This document shows positions 14,972-27,770 of a DNA stretch of 64,000 bases, in pieces. A program made the position numbers and the translations under genes. Positions within the stretch are counted from its first letter, which is position 1. Every line of letters starts with the position of its first letter. The notes under the pieces were generated by a model. That model worked only from the letters and a program-made list of their open reading frames with translations. It was not told the DNA's origin and did no database searches. Origin of the DNA: Octopus vulgaris (lineage: Eukaryota); contig OX597819.1 in the NCBI GenBank assembly GCA_951406725.2, forward strand, positions 121,520,001 to 121,584,000. The letters are read 5' to 3'.

Positions 14972-16213
14972 TTACCAAATTTCCTACATGTGTTAGAAAT
15001 CTTTTGTATTGTCTCTATACACCAATCTTCATTACAGCTGATTAGTCTTCGAGCTATAAAAGCATTGATTTCTAGCAAACATGTTTTTAATTACTCTTAT
15101 TCAAGTTGTGTTCTGTGTTTTATCTTCAAACTCATCATAATTGTGTGTGATGAGCTTCAGATATGTGTTAAAGATAATGGATGACACTGTAGCAATAATT
15201 TGCATAAATTACTCCAAACAAATTGATTATCCAAAGTAAGTTTTCTTAATTAATTTGCAGAAACTGGTGAAAAACAAAAAAAAAACTAAAAAAAAAAACT
15301 AATGGAATAAAACACCAACAAATAACAACAACAAAAAAACACACAAATAAAAGGGAAACAAAAACCAATATACAAGTTTTTCAATGATATTACAATGAAG
15401 GTACAGGCTGCTTAATAACATTTTCTGCTGTTCACTGTTTTGTTTTTTACTTTTTAAACAAACTCCATCATGTGAATTAAAGGAATGCTCACTTCTATAC
15501 AAACCAAAACTACCCTTTGAGAATAAACTGGAATTGTTTTGCTAAAATTTTAAAATGAATTACATATTTTTTTTTGTGTGTGCTTTGTTTTGTTTTGTTT
15601 CGTTGTAAATAATAAGTTGTTTTTGTTTTGCTGTTGTTGTTTCCTTTCGTTTGTGTTTTTTGTTGTTGTTGTTGTTGTTTTCCTTTCTGTCTTTTGTGTG
15701 TTCTCTTGATGGGATGTCATTTTTTCCTATGTATGTGTGTATATATTATATGTGTGTATGTATACACACACACACATGTATATATATATATGTATGTATG
15801 TATACACAAATCAATTATGCTGTATCCTATCATCTTAATCACCATGACCATTATCATCACCACCACCACCACCACCATCATCATCATCCTGATCATCATC
15901 ATCATCATCAGCATCATCATCATTGTCATCTTCACCATCATCACCACCATCATCGTCCTCACCATCATCGTCTTCCTCCTTCTCCTCCTCCTCCTCATCA
16001 TCATCGTGATCATCATTTTATCACCATCATCGTTTTAACATTCGCTGTCCTCTGCTTTTCCATGGGTCTGATGGATGTTATTGAAGGATGCTATTTTCTA
16101 TACCCATATGCTACCCTCTACCCTGTTTCCACAAAGGATAGTATTTCACCATGGTCAGACATATTTTTTGCCAAAAACTGGAAATGAACAACACTGAGTC
16201 TATAACAGAAGGT

Positions 16214-16283
<70 letters not shown>

Positions 16284-16287
16284 TATA

Positions 16288-16495
16288 TCATCATCATCAT
16301 CATTTAATGTCTGTTTTCCATGCTAGCATGGGTTGGATGGTTCAACAGGGGTCTGGGAAGCAGGTGGGTGCACCAGGCTCCAGTCTGATCTGGCAGTGTT
16401 TCTACAGCTGGATGCCCTTCCTAATGCCAACAACTCCATGAGTGTAGTGGGTGCTTTTTTACATGCCACCGGCATAGGGGGCAGGGGAGGCTGAT
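16288..16495 (-). mobile_element. Family R element, CpG-decayed
   Basis: Aligns by eye to 7885-8070 with CG to TG/CA changes. Confidence 0.85.
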
Positions 16496-16501
16496 ATACA
16501 T

Positions 16502-16563
<62 letters not shown>

Positions 16564-16729
16564 CAGAGGTACAGGTATCTACCATTACTCACACCTGTCT
16601 CAGAATCTGCCCTTCATGAATATTATGGGCCATATATTTAACATAAAGTACATGTCTGAATAGCTCAAGAGTGGATTTCTTTACTCAGCTGGGTCTAATT
16701 GTCTACATACACTGCAAGAATATCATTCA

Positions 16730-17230
<501 letters not shown>

Positions 17231-17618
17231 ATAAGATTCAAAGATCCTGGAACAAACATCTTTCTTTTTGGATGAGCTGTTATCAACTTTACCAGATTTT
17301 ACTTGAAAAAGGCAGGTGAGCATAGAGAAGGAGATGCTGTCCATAGGTGGGTTTTATTAAGGGTCGGTAAGAGTAGCGGAAATTCAACAGTGAAAGGAAT
17401 ATCCTTAAGTTTATGCCTGTCAATCAGAGAATAATTGGTGAGGGCCCTTGCTCTTTTGCACTCAGAGTGATCTTGGATTTGTGGGATTCCTGGATTAGCT
17501 TTAGACGGATGTTCTTCTGTATCAGGAGGACAACTTATCATTATCATATCTCTGTTAAATTGTGTACACTTGTATCTTTTTTGCCTCTTCAGTGTTATAC
17601 GTAAAACCTCACATTATA

Positions 17619-17790
17619 TTGGGTTGGGGCATAATTATTGCAGCTTTTTTTGAACAAATTTTATTCAACAAAAACATCTTTAAATGATGGTCTGACCATC
17701 TGCCAAGCAATTGGGAAGCAGTAATTGAAGTAGATGGTGAATATGCTCCGGAAAAATCTTTTAACGATGTTTTTATTACATGTTGTTATT
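17619..17790 (+). mobile_element. Internally deleted mariner transposon remnant
   Basis: TA then TIR-like TTGGGTTGGGGCATAATTATTGC; 17691-17753 translates to SDHLPSNWEAVIEVDGEYAPE, matching the mariner transposase C-terminal LPxxWxxVIxxDGxY motif. Confidence 0.75.
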
Positions 17791-17799
17791 GTTTTTGTA

Positions 17800-18516
17800 C
17801 CTGCATCAAAACCATGTGTGTGATGGTGATCTCATATCAAGATAAACAGCGCATGACCTTGCAGGTGGGGCTCAGTTAGAATTTTCTTCAGGTCGAATAG
17901 CTAGCCCATCCCACTCAAAAGCTCCCTGAATAAGGGTTGTTTAAAGATGTTGAACAAGAAGCCCATGTTTCCAAAGGTGAATTATCCAAACTCCAAAGTA
18001 TTATTATAATTATTATTATTATTATTATTGTGTGAGAGAGCAGTGCATGGTATCAAAGTGTCACTGCGGTAAAATGTACAAAGCCCAGTATACCCATCAT
18101 GACTACCCGTCTGATAAGGGCACACCAGGCATAAGCATCACAACCACATGTATACGACATGATTTCATATCAAGATACAAAGCACATGATATTGCAGGTG
18201 GGACCCAGTTAGAATTTTCTTCAGGTCGAGTAGCCTATCCTACTCTAAAGGTCCCTAAATTAGGGTTGCTTAAGGATGTTGAACAAAACAGTCATGTTTC
18301 CAAGGGTGGATTATTTACACCCAAAAGAATCCCTCTCAACATATGGCTATGATGCTCCCCCACTACTTCTGCTCGTGATCAGAGGTACACACATCGTCAG
18401 CCAACAAGGGACATGCTCAACTGGTTAAGGTCTAACAAATCTGTGGTATTGAGCAGAATATTTGCTGTTGTCCATATTTTATACCAAATCAAAACAATGT
18501 ACATGATAACACTTCA
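17800..18516 (-). mobile_element. Two tandem copies (partial 17800-17997; longer 18030-18516) of a non-LTR 3'-UTR-like repeat associated with (TAA)n; possibly R4/Dong-like
   Basis: Both copies share GCAGGTGGG...CAGTTAGAATTTTCTTCAGGTCGA and GATGTTGAACAA; the longer copy has (ATT)n on both sides. Family assignment is inferred only from the target context. Confidence 0.55.
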
Positions 18517-19864
18517 TTATTATTATTATTATTATTATTATGATTATGATTATTATTATTATACCCCTATTGTAGCAGATTCCTCTTTTGATCAATCTAA
18601 GTAAGCCCCACTGTGTTAAGTGCTGTATTTTTGTCTTGTGATGTAGTCCTCAATGTCTTAGACCCTTGTGGCCAATAACAGAAATCCTTATTATCATCAT
18701 CATCATCATCATCCTCATCATCATCATCCTCATCATCATCATCCTCATCATCATCATAACCTCATCATCCTTCTAATCAGATTTCTAATATATGGTACAG
18801 AGAACTGCATTAATCACGTATCAATAAATATAATATAATGATATTCTCCTTAATTTTTTCTTTTGTCTTATTTTACAATTTTCCAAATTAGAATTTTATT
18901 GTTTCGATATTCTACACAGACTTATTAATATTTCTAGTTATATGTATTTTATCATGATGAAATAACAAATTTCATATCCTTTTTTCTTTTTTATTTTATG
19001 ATATATTTTTTTTTCTTTTTGTTTCCTTCGTGTAGATGAATATGGAAAAAGAAAGATTTATACAATAGTTTCACATCTTGCATAATTTAACTATTATCTG
19101 AAAATTTCGTCCAATTAACATTCTTATTGATATATATGTATGCTCACATGTTCATTACAAACATATATATACTGTGTATATATATATACATATACATCTA
19201 TATGTGTGTGTATTATATATATATATACATATATATATATATTATATACACATATATATCACACATATTTCATGTATATATATATACACACATATATATA
19301 TATATACATGTTTATATATATATATATCACATACATTTCATATATATATATATGCACATATATATATTATATTTGTGCGTGTATGTGTGTGTGTGTGTGT
19401 GTATAAGAAGAATATATAAAATATATACATTTATTTTAATACGTATACCTTGATTTATTTTCCAATTGTCCTTCCGTGAAAGCTGTATCTTAGATCTGTT
19501 TTTCTGCATTAGTAAGGATTACATACTTACATACACACACTTACATGTGGATATATATGTATATGTATATATAGTATATATGCACATTCATTTATACATG
19601 CATGCATAATTGGGAACACACATATGTAGACTCATTCACTATCATCTATACTTTTGAACTGAAAACTTTCTGAATTTAAATTTCCATAAGTTGTTATGTT
19701 TCCTTGAATATTTGATAACGTTCATTTCTCATTGGACAAACATATATTAACAATCATACTGGAAAAACCTGAAGAAATACATATTTATGTAGTAATGTAT
19801 GTAAATATATATGTGAAAATGCATGTGCGTGTAGTATATATATATATATATATATATATACATA

Positions 19865-20268
19865 GGCGTAGGAGTGGCTGTGTGGTAGGTAGTTTGCTAA
19901 CGAACCACATGGTTTCAGGTTCAGTCCCACTGCATGGTACTTTGGGCAAGGTGTCTTCTACTATAACCTCAGGTCGACCAAAGCCTTGTGAGTGGATTAG
20001 GTAGACGGAAACTGAAAGAAGCCCATCGTATATATATATATATGTATGTGTATATGTTTGCGAGTCTGTGTGTTTGTCCCCCCAACATTGCTTGAGGACT
20101 GATGCTGGTGTGTTTTTCGTCCTCATCACTTAGCAGTTCGGCAAAAGAGACTGATAGAATAAGTACTAAGCTTACAACAAATAACTCCTAGAGTTGAATT
20201 GCTCGACTAAAGGCGGTCCTCCAGTATGGCCACAGTCAAATGACTGAAACATGTAAAAGAATAAAAGA
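19865..20268 (+). mobile_element. SINE family O, full length
   Basis: GGCGTAGGAGTGGCTGTGTGGTAG...GGTTCAGTCCCACTGC...CACAGTCAAATGACTGAAACATGTAAAAGAATAAAAGA. Confidence 0.9.
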
Positions 20269-20269
20269 G

Positions 20270-20471
20270 GAAGACCTCATGTGTACCGTTGGCGATTTTT
20301 TTCCTCTGTCTTCCCTTCTCGGGATCTTTCCTTCTCATATGTTTCCGACGAAGAGCTCCACCCGAAACGTTAAACCCTCCTTCTTCCCTTCTTTCCTGAG
20401 CGTTTAATAATGCTATATTTGTTCCACGTCCTCGTGTTGTTGTGTTTTTTTGTGTTTTCTTGTTTGGATTA

Positions 20472-20476
<5 letters not shown>
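20270..20476 (+). mobile_element. Short Penelope-like non-autonomous element (family A) with a degenerate minimal hammerhead at 20341-20375
   Basis: GTTT-CCGACGA-A-GAGC-TCC-ACCC-GAAA-CG-TT-AAAC; 3' end abuts (TA)n; a second partial copy lies at about 59575-59662 on the minus strand. Confidence 0.6.
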
Positions 20477-20519
<43 letters not shown>

Positions 20520-20527
20520 CAGTACAT

Positions 20528-20832
20528 GGAGGGATGGCAGTGTGGAAAGAAGCTTGTTTCCCAGTGTCATGGTTCTGGATTTAGTCCCACTTCATGTGTG
20601 TATGTCTGTGTGTCTGCATTTGCCCCACCACCACCACCACCACCATCACACAACAACCGGTGATGGTGTGGTTTCATCCCCATAACTTGGCAGTTCAGCA
20701 AGAGAGACCAACAGGATAAGTCGTGGGCTTTTAGCAAGAAAATATGTCCTGCGGTCAATTAATTCGACGAAAGATTCTTCAAGGTGTTGCCCCAGCATGG
20801 CCACAGTCTAATGATTGAAACAAGTAAAAGAT
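20528..20832 (+). mobile_element. SINE family O, degenerate and internally deleted
   Basis: Head GGATGGCAGTGTGGAAAGAAGCTTG and tail CCCAGCATGGCCACAGTCTAATGATTGAAACAAGTAAAAGA. Confidence 0.7.
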
Positions 20833-21224
20833 ATGTGTGTGTGTGTGATCATTGTCATTTTAAAATCCACTTTTTCATGTTTGCATGGGTTGGACAGAAT
20901 TAGCTGGAGTAGATATTTATAACTTGTTGCCAACTATCTTTTGTTTCCAAATAAGGTAATATTTCCCACCCCTGGCCTTTGTACCTATAACAGCACCAGT
21001 CATTAAAGGATGTTATTCTTAAATGATTTTGTCTTGAAGAAATCTTTGTTTGGTTTCCAAGAATAATTCTGTAAAGAAACTAATACCTTTTTTTTTTACT
21101 GCTCCTGTTGTTTATTTTCAATTCACACAAAGGTTTTCCAACCATGACTATCCCACCTTATTAAAGGACTAATACATTTTGGACTATACTATCTTGGATA
21201 TACAAAGTCCAGTGCACAGGCAGA

Positions 21225-21396
21225 ACCATTGCCACACCCATCTTTACATTCTGAGTTCAAATTCCACCATGCCTTTCATTTGCCTTTCATTCTTTCAAGG
21301 TTGATAAAATAAGTAACAGCAGAGTACTGGGGTCGATATAATCAACTTACACTCTCCCTGAAAATTGCAGGCCTTGTGCCAAAATTTGAAACCATT
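21225..21396 (+). mobile_element. SINE family M, degenerate
   Basis: TTCTGAGTTCAAATTCC...GCCTTTCATTCTTTCAAGGTTGATAAAATAAGTA...GGCCTTGTGCC. Confidence 0.7.
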
Positions 21397-21456
21397 ACCT
21401 TAGATATACATGTATCCTCCCCTAATTCCTTTGTAAAATCCTTCCTCATCTCTTTT

Positions 21457-21625
21457 TCAACTCTTTAGCATTCAGAATTCCCTGTCAAATTTAATGTTTT
21501 TTTATTCACATTGTTTTGAATTAATCATGCATTATCTCAGACCTTTGAGATTTCAATGATGTGAGTGTTTAATTGTAGAATAGTTTTAAGAAGATAGATC
21601 TGACTAGTTTGAACTTAAAACACAG
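21457..21625 (+). mobile_element. piggyBac-type MITE fragment
   Basis: Homologous to the left part of 63625-63845. Confidence 0.6.
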
Positions 21626-21629
21626 TGTA

Positions 21630-21852
21630 TCATCATCATTATCATCATCATCATCATCATCATCATTGTTTAACATCCATTTTCCATGCTGGCATAGGTT
21701 AGACAGTTCAGCTGGGGTCTCGGAAGCCAGGAGGCCGCACCAGGCCCCAATCTGATCTGGCAGTGTTTCTACAGCTGGATACCCTTCCTAACGCCAACCA
21801 CTCTGAGAGTGAAGTAGATGCTTTTGTACATGCCATCGGCACAAGGGGCCAG
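21630..21852 (-). mobile_element. Family R element with (GAT)n tail
   Basis: TTTCCATGCTGGCATAGGTT...CTACAGCTGGATACCCTTCCTAACGCCAACCACTC. Confidence 0.8.
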
Positions 21853-22584
21853 AGGAAAAGAGGTAGAAGAATTTGGAGAAGAATTTGAAGAAGAAGAATG
21901 GTAGTTGTACAGTGGAGGAAGAAGAGGAGGATGGACGATGAAAGGGAGGAAGAGGAGGATTCGAATATGTTCATGAAAATTACCTTTAATTTTAGAATTA
22001 ATAATGATTGCTAGTTTCAATCCAGTCTGGGATAATGTGTGTATCTAGGATTAAGACATTTCTTTTTTTTTTTATGTTATTCAGTGATTGATTGATTGAT
22101 TCAAATCATAACATAACATAAATATAAATTTTGCAAAATATAGATTTTGTTTTTTGTTTTATTTTTTTTTTTACAGATACACACTCAATATAGCTAAATT
22201 CATGATTTTAAAAAAAAATAGTTTTTTTCCCTCCGAAAATGTCAAGATAAGTTTTATGATAACATTAAACTATATAACATCAGTATTGCATTTCAGTATC
22301 ACATTTAAAACGAATATCGTATAATACGGTATAATAATGTTCTAAAGATTATAGTTGAAGCTTCTCGTTAAATACTTGCTAATGCATATTAACACAGTGA
22401 AAGGAAAAAAATACAAATTGTTCCCTTAGCCATTTTCTAAGGGCGCTTGATAGAAATGATGTATATTTTATATATCCAGAAGGCTAAGGTTATATTATAA
22501 GGTTGTAATAACTCTTTGTAATGTTTCTCCATGTTTCTCTGTCTCTTCATTCTTCTTCTTCTTCTTCTTCTTCTTCTTCTTCTT

Positions 22585-22615
<31 letters not shown>

Positions 22616-22618
22616 TTC

Positions 22619-22653
<35 letters not shown>

Positions 22654-22694
22654 GTTATTATTGTCATCATTATTATCACCATAATCATTTTGCA

Positions 22695-22940
22695 TGTATG
22701 TGTGTGTGTGTGTGTATATGTTTGTGTGTCTGTTTGTCCCCACAACATCAATTGACATCCGATGTGATGTTGGGGAGACATCATGTTTACGTCCCTGTAA
22801 CTTAGCGGTTCAGCAAAAGAGACCGATAGAATAAGTACTAGGCTTACAAAGTGTAAGCTCTAGGGCTGATTTGCTTAACTAAAGGCAGTGCTCCAGCATG
22901 GCCACAGTCAAATGACAAACAAGTAAAAGAATAAAAGAAC
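22695..22940 (+). mobile_element. SINE family O, 3' half
   Basis: TGTTTACGTCCCTGTAACTTAGCGGTTCAGCAAAAGAGACCGATAGAATAAGTACTAGGC. Confidence 0.8.
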
Positions 22941-23045
22941 AAGCGTTCTAGAGAGAAAGAATAGAGCTACAAAAAATCAATAATGCTTTTTATGTCAACG
23001 TCAAATATTGAAAAGGATTAAAATGCGGTATATTCCAGCCTACAT

Positions 23046-23363
23046 TTTATTATTTTTTTATGAGTCGTTTTCAAGCCTAGCCAGGTTCATGGGCCCAGTT
23101 TCTTGGTTTCTCTGGTGTATGTGTTCTCCCCAGCTGGACGGGACGCCAGTCCATTGCAGCACTATTCAAGAAACATGAAGAGAGAGTAAGAGAAAGTTGG
23201 GGCAAAAGAGAACAAAAGGGTCGCCACCAACCCCTGCTGGAGCCTCGTAGAGCTTTTAGGTGTTTTTGCTCAATAAACACATACAACGCTCGGTCTAGGA
23301 ATTGAAACTGCGATCCTCCGACCAAGAGTCTGCTGCCCTAACCACTGGGCCATTGTGCTTCCA
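23046..23363 (-). mobile_element. tRNA-derived SINE with V-domain-like segment (family V, subfamily 1)
   Basis: Minus strand head TGGCCCAGTGGTTAGGG (A box) and AGTTTCAATTCC (B box); V-like GCAATGGACTGGCGTCCCGTCCAG. Confidence 0.75.
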
Positions 23364-23617
23364 AATAAATGCGCCCTTTTAAAGCCTAGCCAGGGTCATG
23401 GGTCCAGTTTCCCGGTTTCAATGGCGTATGAGTTCCGCAGATGGACGGGATGCCTGTCCATCACAGCGTTACTCATTTTTACCAGCTGAGTGGACTGGAG
23501 CAACGTTAAATGAAGTGTTTTGCTCAAGAACACAACACGTCGCCAGGTCCAGGAATCGAAACCACAATCTTACGATCATGATGCTGACACCCTAACCACT
23601 AAGCCACGCACCTCCAC
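23364..23617 (-). mobile_element. tRNA-derived SINE family V, subfamily 2
   Basis: Minus strand GTGGAGGTGCGTGGCTTAGTGGTTAGGG...GGTTTCGATTCC, CORE-like TTCTTGAGCAAAACACTTC, V-like GATGGACAGGCATCCCGTCCA. Confidence 0.8.
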
Positions 23618-24214
23618 TGTCCAGCCTACATACAAGCCAAAATTTTCAGACCCACAAAATGGTAGGTAGACTTATAGACCAAGACGTTTTTGGCAGACTA
23701 AAACTTCCATGTGAAATGAAGCAGGATCTGGAAAAATAAAGATGATGTTTGAATATTTATGCTACATGTTTCCTCTGTATACCACATCAACCTGTCTGCC
23801 AGAGAATACGGTAAATGGAGGAAGATGAACAAATTTTTATCTGATAACCCAATAAAATGGAATATTTTAACAAGGAACACAAACTGACAGATGAACCAAC
23901 AAACAGACATAAACGAATAAATAAATTTGTTTTGGTGTTTTAAATTGTTTGAAATGTATCAAATATTGATTGATTTCGGTAATTACGGATCTGATGTTGA
24001 TGCCAAACAAAAGACTTTGGAATGTTCCAGTTTTGAAAATAAGAAAAAAATTTAAAATTTTAAAGCTAGTAACATCATTACTCAGAAAACTATTATATAA
24101 TACATGTTCCCCGGAGAATAAGAAGCATTATCTTTAATTCCTTATCATTGCTGCCAAATATTGGCTCACGTGACAAACATCTAACTGTACCTAATTGTAT
24201 CTCGGGTTTTTCTC

Positions 24215-24474
24215 ATTCTTCTCCCTTCTCTCCCCTTCTCTCTCCGTCTAGCTCTCTTTCACTCTCTTTATATATCTGTCTCTCTATCAATCTATATATC
24301 CATCTTTCTATCTATCTATTTATCTATCTCTCTGTCTGTCTGAAAGTATCTATCTATTTTTCTTCCTGTCTCTCCATCATTTTCTTCCTCCTCTCTCTCT
24401 TCATCTGTCTGTCTGTCTGTCTGTCTGTCTATCCATCCATCCATCCATCCATCCATTCATCCATCCATCCATCC

Positions 24475-24516
<42 letters not shown>

Positions 24517-24564
24517 ATATCTATCTATCTATCTATCTATCTATCTACCTATCCATCTATCCAT

Positions 24565-24596
<32 letters not shown>

Positions 24597-24666
24597 TTGT
24601 ATATATATATATATATATATATATTTACACATAAGCTATATATATCTTATATATCTTATATATCTT

Positions 24667-24732
<66 letters not shown>

Positions 24733-24760
24733 GATGTATATCCACTTCACTCCCTATCTT

Positions 24761-24791
<31 letters not shown>

Positions 24792-24860
24792 GCCTCTCTA
24801 TCTAACTCTCTATCTGCCTGTCCATCTTTACATCCATCCATCCATCCATCCATCCATCTT
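24215..24860. repeat. (CTAT)n/(CCAT)n/(CTGT)n/(TA)n tetranucleotide block
   Basis: Directly visible. Confidence 0.95.
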
Positions 24861-25841
24861 TTACTCTCTCATACACACCCACTTCCCGCCACCATAACAC
24901 TCGCTGGCTACATTTCTTATCATCAATGCCAGGCCTGTGACTTCTAAATCTTCAGAAATTCTAAGACAATCGCTGTACTTGTTTGGATTTTTATATGGGA
25001 ATTGTTACACCGAGTTCTTGCTTTTAATTTAGAGGCAAAACAACTTTTTTTTTTCCTTCATCCTCTACCTTTTATCTACATGTTTGTTTATTCTGTCTTT
25101 CATTTATATATTTCCATATTATTCAATTCCTTCTCTTCTGGTTTCCATTTGCCTTATTTTTGTTTTTGTTTTTATTATTATTTGTTTGTTTCTTGTTTAT
25201 CATATCATCCTTGTTTGTTGTAGGGGATGCAAGGGGCAGGGAGGAGGTTTAGTCCTTAAAAAAAATGTTGGTTATCATCTATGAAAGGAATGCCAACAGT
25301 GTATCTGCTAAGAAAAAACCACACAGGAATAAATATATCTCTCTGCTTAACGCCTTACGCACAACACACATTGGCACACCATGTACACACACTAAAAAAA
25401 AACACTGACACACACACAGAAACGCATACAAATGTGTGTGTGTGTGTGTGTTTTACTACAAGATTAAATAAACAATGGCAACTAAAGGCAGTTGATTGAC
25501 AGATTCAGTAGTGTGTCTGTGAAATGCCTGGCATTATTCATTTCAGTTCTTTACATTCATCATCGTTTTAACGTCCACTTTTTTTTATGCTTGCATGGGT
25601 CAGAAGGATTTTGTCGAAGCAGATTTTCTACAACTGGATGCTCTTCCGATATTACCAAACCTCAACTATTTTCAATCAAAGTAATATTTTCCCCAGAAGA
25701 CTAGAAATGAACAACCTCGCTTGTATGACAGTGATGCTCTTTTACAGCTTTTGTCACTATTAAGTTTGTATTTAGAACAAGTGTGACATGAAATTTTGAT
25801 GGAAGGTTTTAAATAAGATCATTTTAACCCTTTTATTACAA

Positions 25842-25929
<88 letters not shown>

Positions 25930-26175
25930 GTACCAGTGAAACACTGGTGTTGATGTAATCTACTAATTCCATCCCTCAAAATTTCAGGCCTTGTGCCTAT
26001 AATAGAGAGGATTATTATCATTGCTATGTTATGAGTTCAAATCTCGCTGAGGTTGACTTTGTCTTTCATTCATTTGGGGTTGATAAATTAAGTACCAATG
26101 AAACACTGGGGTCGATGTAATCAACTAGTCTCTTGCCCCAAAATGTCAGGCCCCTCGTGTCTTTAGTAGAAAGAA
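25930..26175 (+). mobile_element. Two tandem partial family M SINEs
   Basis: GTACCARTGAAACACTGG...GATGTAATC occurs twice; the second copy retains GAGTTCAAATC. Confidence 0.7.
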
Positions 26176-26231
26176 TATTTTGGTTGGTCATTCATGTGCA
26201 GGTGGGTTACCTTTCTCTGTTATAATAAATA

Positions 26232-26487
26232 ATATATGCGTCCTTTTAAAGCCTAGCCAGGCTCATGGGCCCAGTTTCCTGGTTTCTATGGTGTATGTGT
26301 TCCCCACCAGCTGGACGGAACACCAGTCCATCACAGCATTACTCGTTTTTGCCAGCTGAGTGAACTGGAGCAACATAAAATGAAGTGTTTTGCTCAAGAA
26401 CACAACGCGTCACCCGGTCTAGGAATCGAAACCACAATCTTACGATCATGATGCTGACACCCAAACCACTAAGCCACGTACCTCCAC
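26232..26487 (-). mobile_element. SINE family V, subfamily 2
   Basis: Highly similar to 23364-23617; short direct repeat TTTCTCT on both flanks. Confidence 0.85.
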
Positions 26488-27550
26488 TTTCTCTATTGTA
26501 TATAATGTATTTTGTGCATTGTAAAGCACAAAATGTAGCCGAATATCAGGGCTCAGTAGATCATCCCACACTCTACTCCTATGCCCAGTGCAATTAGATA
26601 AGGTATTTCTTTTGGCAAAGGCTCTGATGAAGTGTATTAATAAGACTATGTCATTTTCAACAAACAATTGTGTAATCCTATCAGTTGTTTTACAAAATGC
26701 ACAATTTTTTTATAAAGCTTAAAATACTAAATCTATTTTCTGTATTTTATTTGTACTATATATTAATATTGTGTGTGTGTGTGTAATACAGTCATACACA
26801 CACATATTTAATTGTATATTTTATCTGAATTCTTAGTATGTCTTAATCTCTATATAATAAGAGTTGATATGAATGTCAGCTGTTTGATTTCTCCAGTCAT
26901 GTTTTGCATATTGGTATTATCTACTATCTGTTAGCATTGTATTGGCAGAACCATTTAGACCATTGGACTAATATTCTCTTGCCTCCTTATACTCTGAGTT
27001 CCATTCCTGTTTGGACCAGCTCTGCCATTCGTCATTTCAAAGTCAGTAAAGCAAACTACCAGTGAAGTACTGGATTTGATGTACTGTTTCTGACAGGTCC
27101 TTCTTTCTTTAAGATGGTAAGGTTTGATTTGAGGGCGATTTGGTAGCCATTTCTAGCAGGTCAAATGATGATGTTACGAGGATTGTACCAGGTTCCTTTG
27201 TCTGTTTTGGCCTTGTTTCTATGGCTAGATACCCTTCCTAATGCCAACCACTTTACATAGTGTACTGGGTGACTTTTTACAAGGTACCAACACTGGTACT
27301 TTTTATGTGGTACCAGCACCAATGTTTTTTACATTGCACCAGCATTGGTGGAGTTACCAAATAACTTGCAAAAGAAAGATCCCTCAATAGCAAGGAGTTG
27401 TTTCAAGGAGTGTTGCTTTTTACTAGTTGGATGGTTAAAGCGTAATAGAGGTATACAGAATAGGTGTAACATTGCATAAATTCATATTATTAATCAGCCA
27501 TTTTAGCAGGTGATATTTTGCTGAATATTTTGCCGAGAATTTGGTAATAT

Positions 27551-27770
27551 TATGAACAGTTGCTGAAAAGTTTGTGGCTTTAAGGGTATCATAAAAGGTC
27601 TGGTTGGAGGCCCAACCTTCTAAGTTCTTTTACAGGGCTTAGGAAAACTGAAGGACTTCTGCAATAAGTTGTGAATCTGAGAGTGGAATATGTTGAATAA
27701 AATCATAATTAACTGATTCTCCTATATTTTCTTTTACCAAAAACCAGGAACTTTGCAGAACCTCCTTGTA
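27551..27770 (+). mobile_element. Mariner-derived MITE
   Basis: Degenerate TIRs (TGCTGAAAAGTTTGTGGCTTT / AAAACCAGGAACTTTGCAGAACCTCCTTGTA); residual VNLRVEYVE* transposase C-terminus; inverted copy at 46215-46418. Confidence 0.7.

Noticed and set aside
17299-17547. 82-aa minus-strand ORF in unique sequence
   Set aside because: No recognisable domain or convincing splice signals; wedged between transposon fragments
23540-23617. Possible tRNA genes at SINE heads (also about 26410-26487 and 58880-58974)
   Set aside because: A and B boxes are present but they run into SINE bodies and do not form complete cloverleaves
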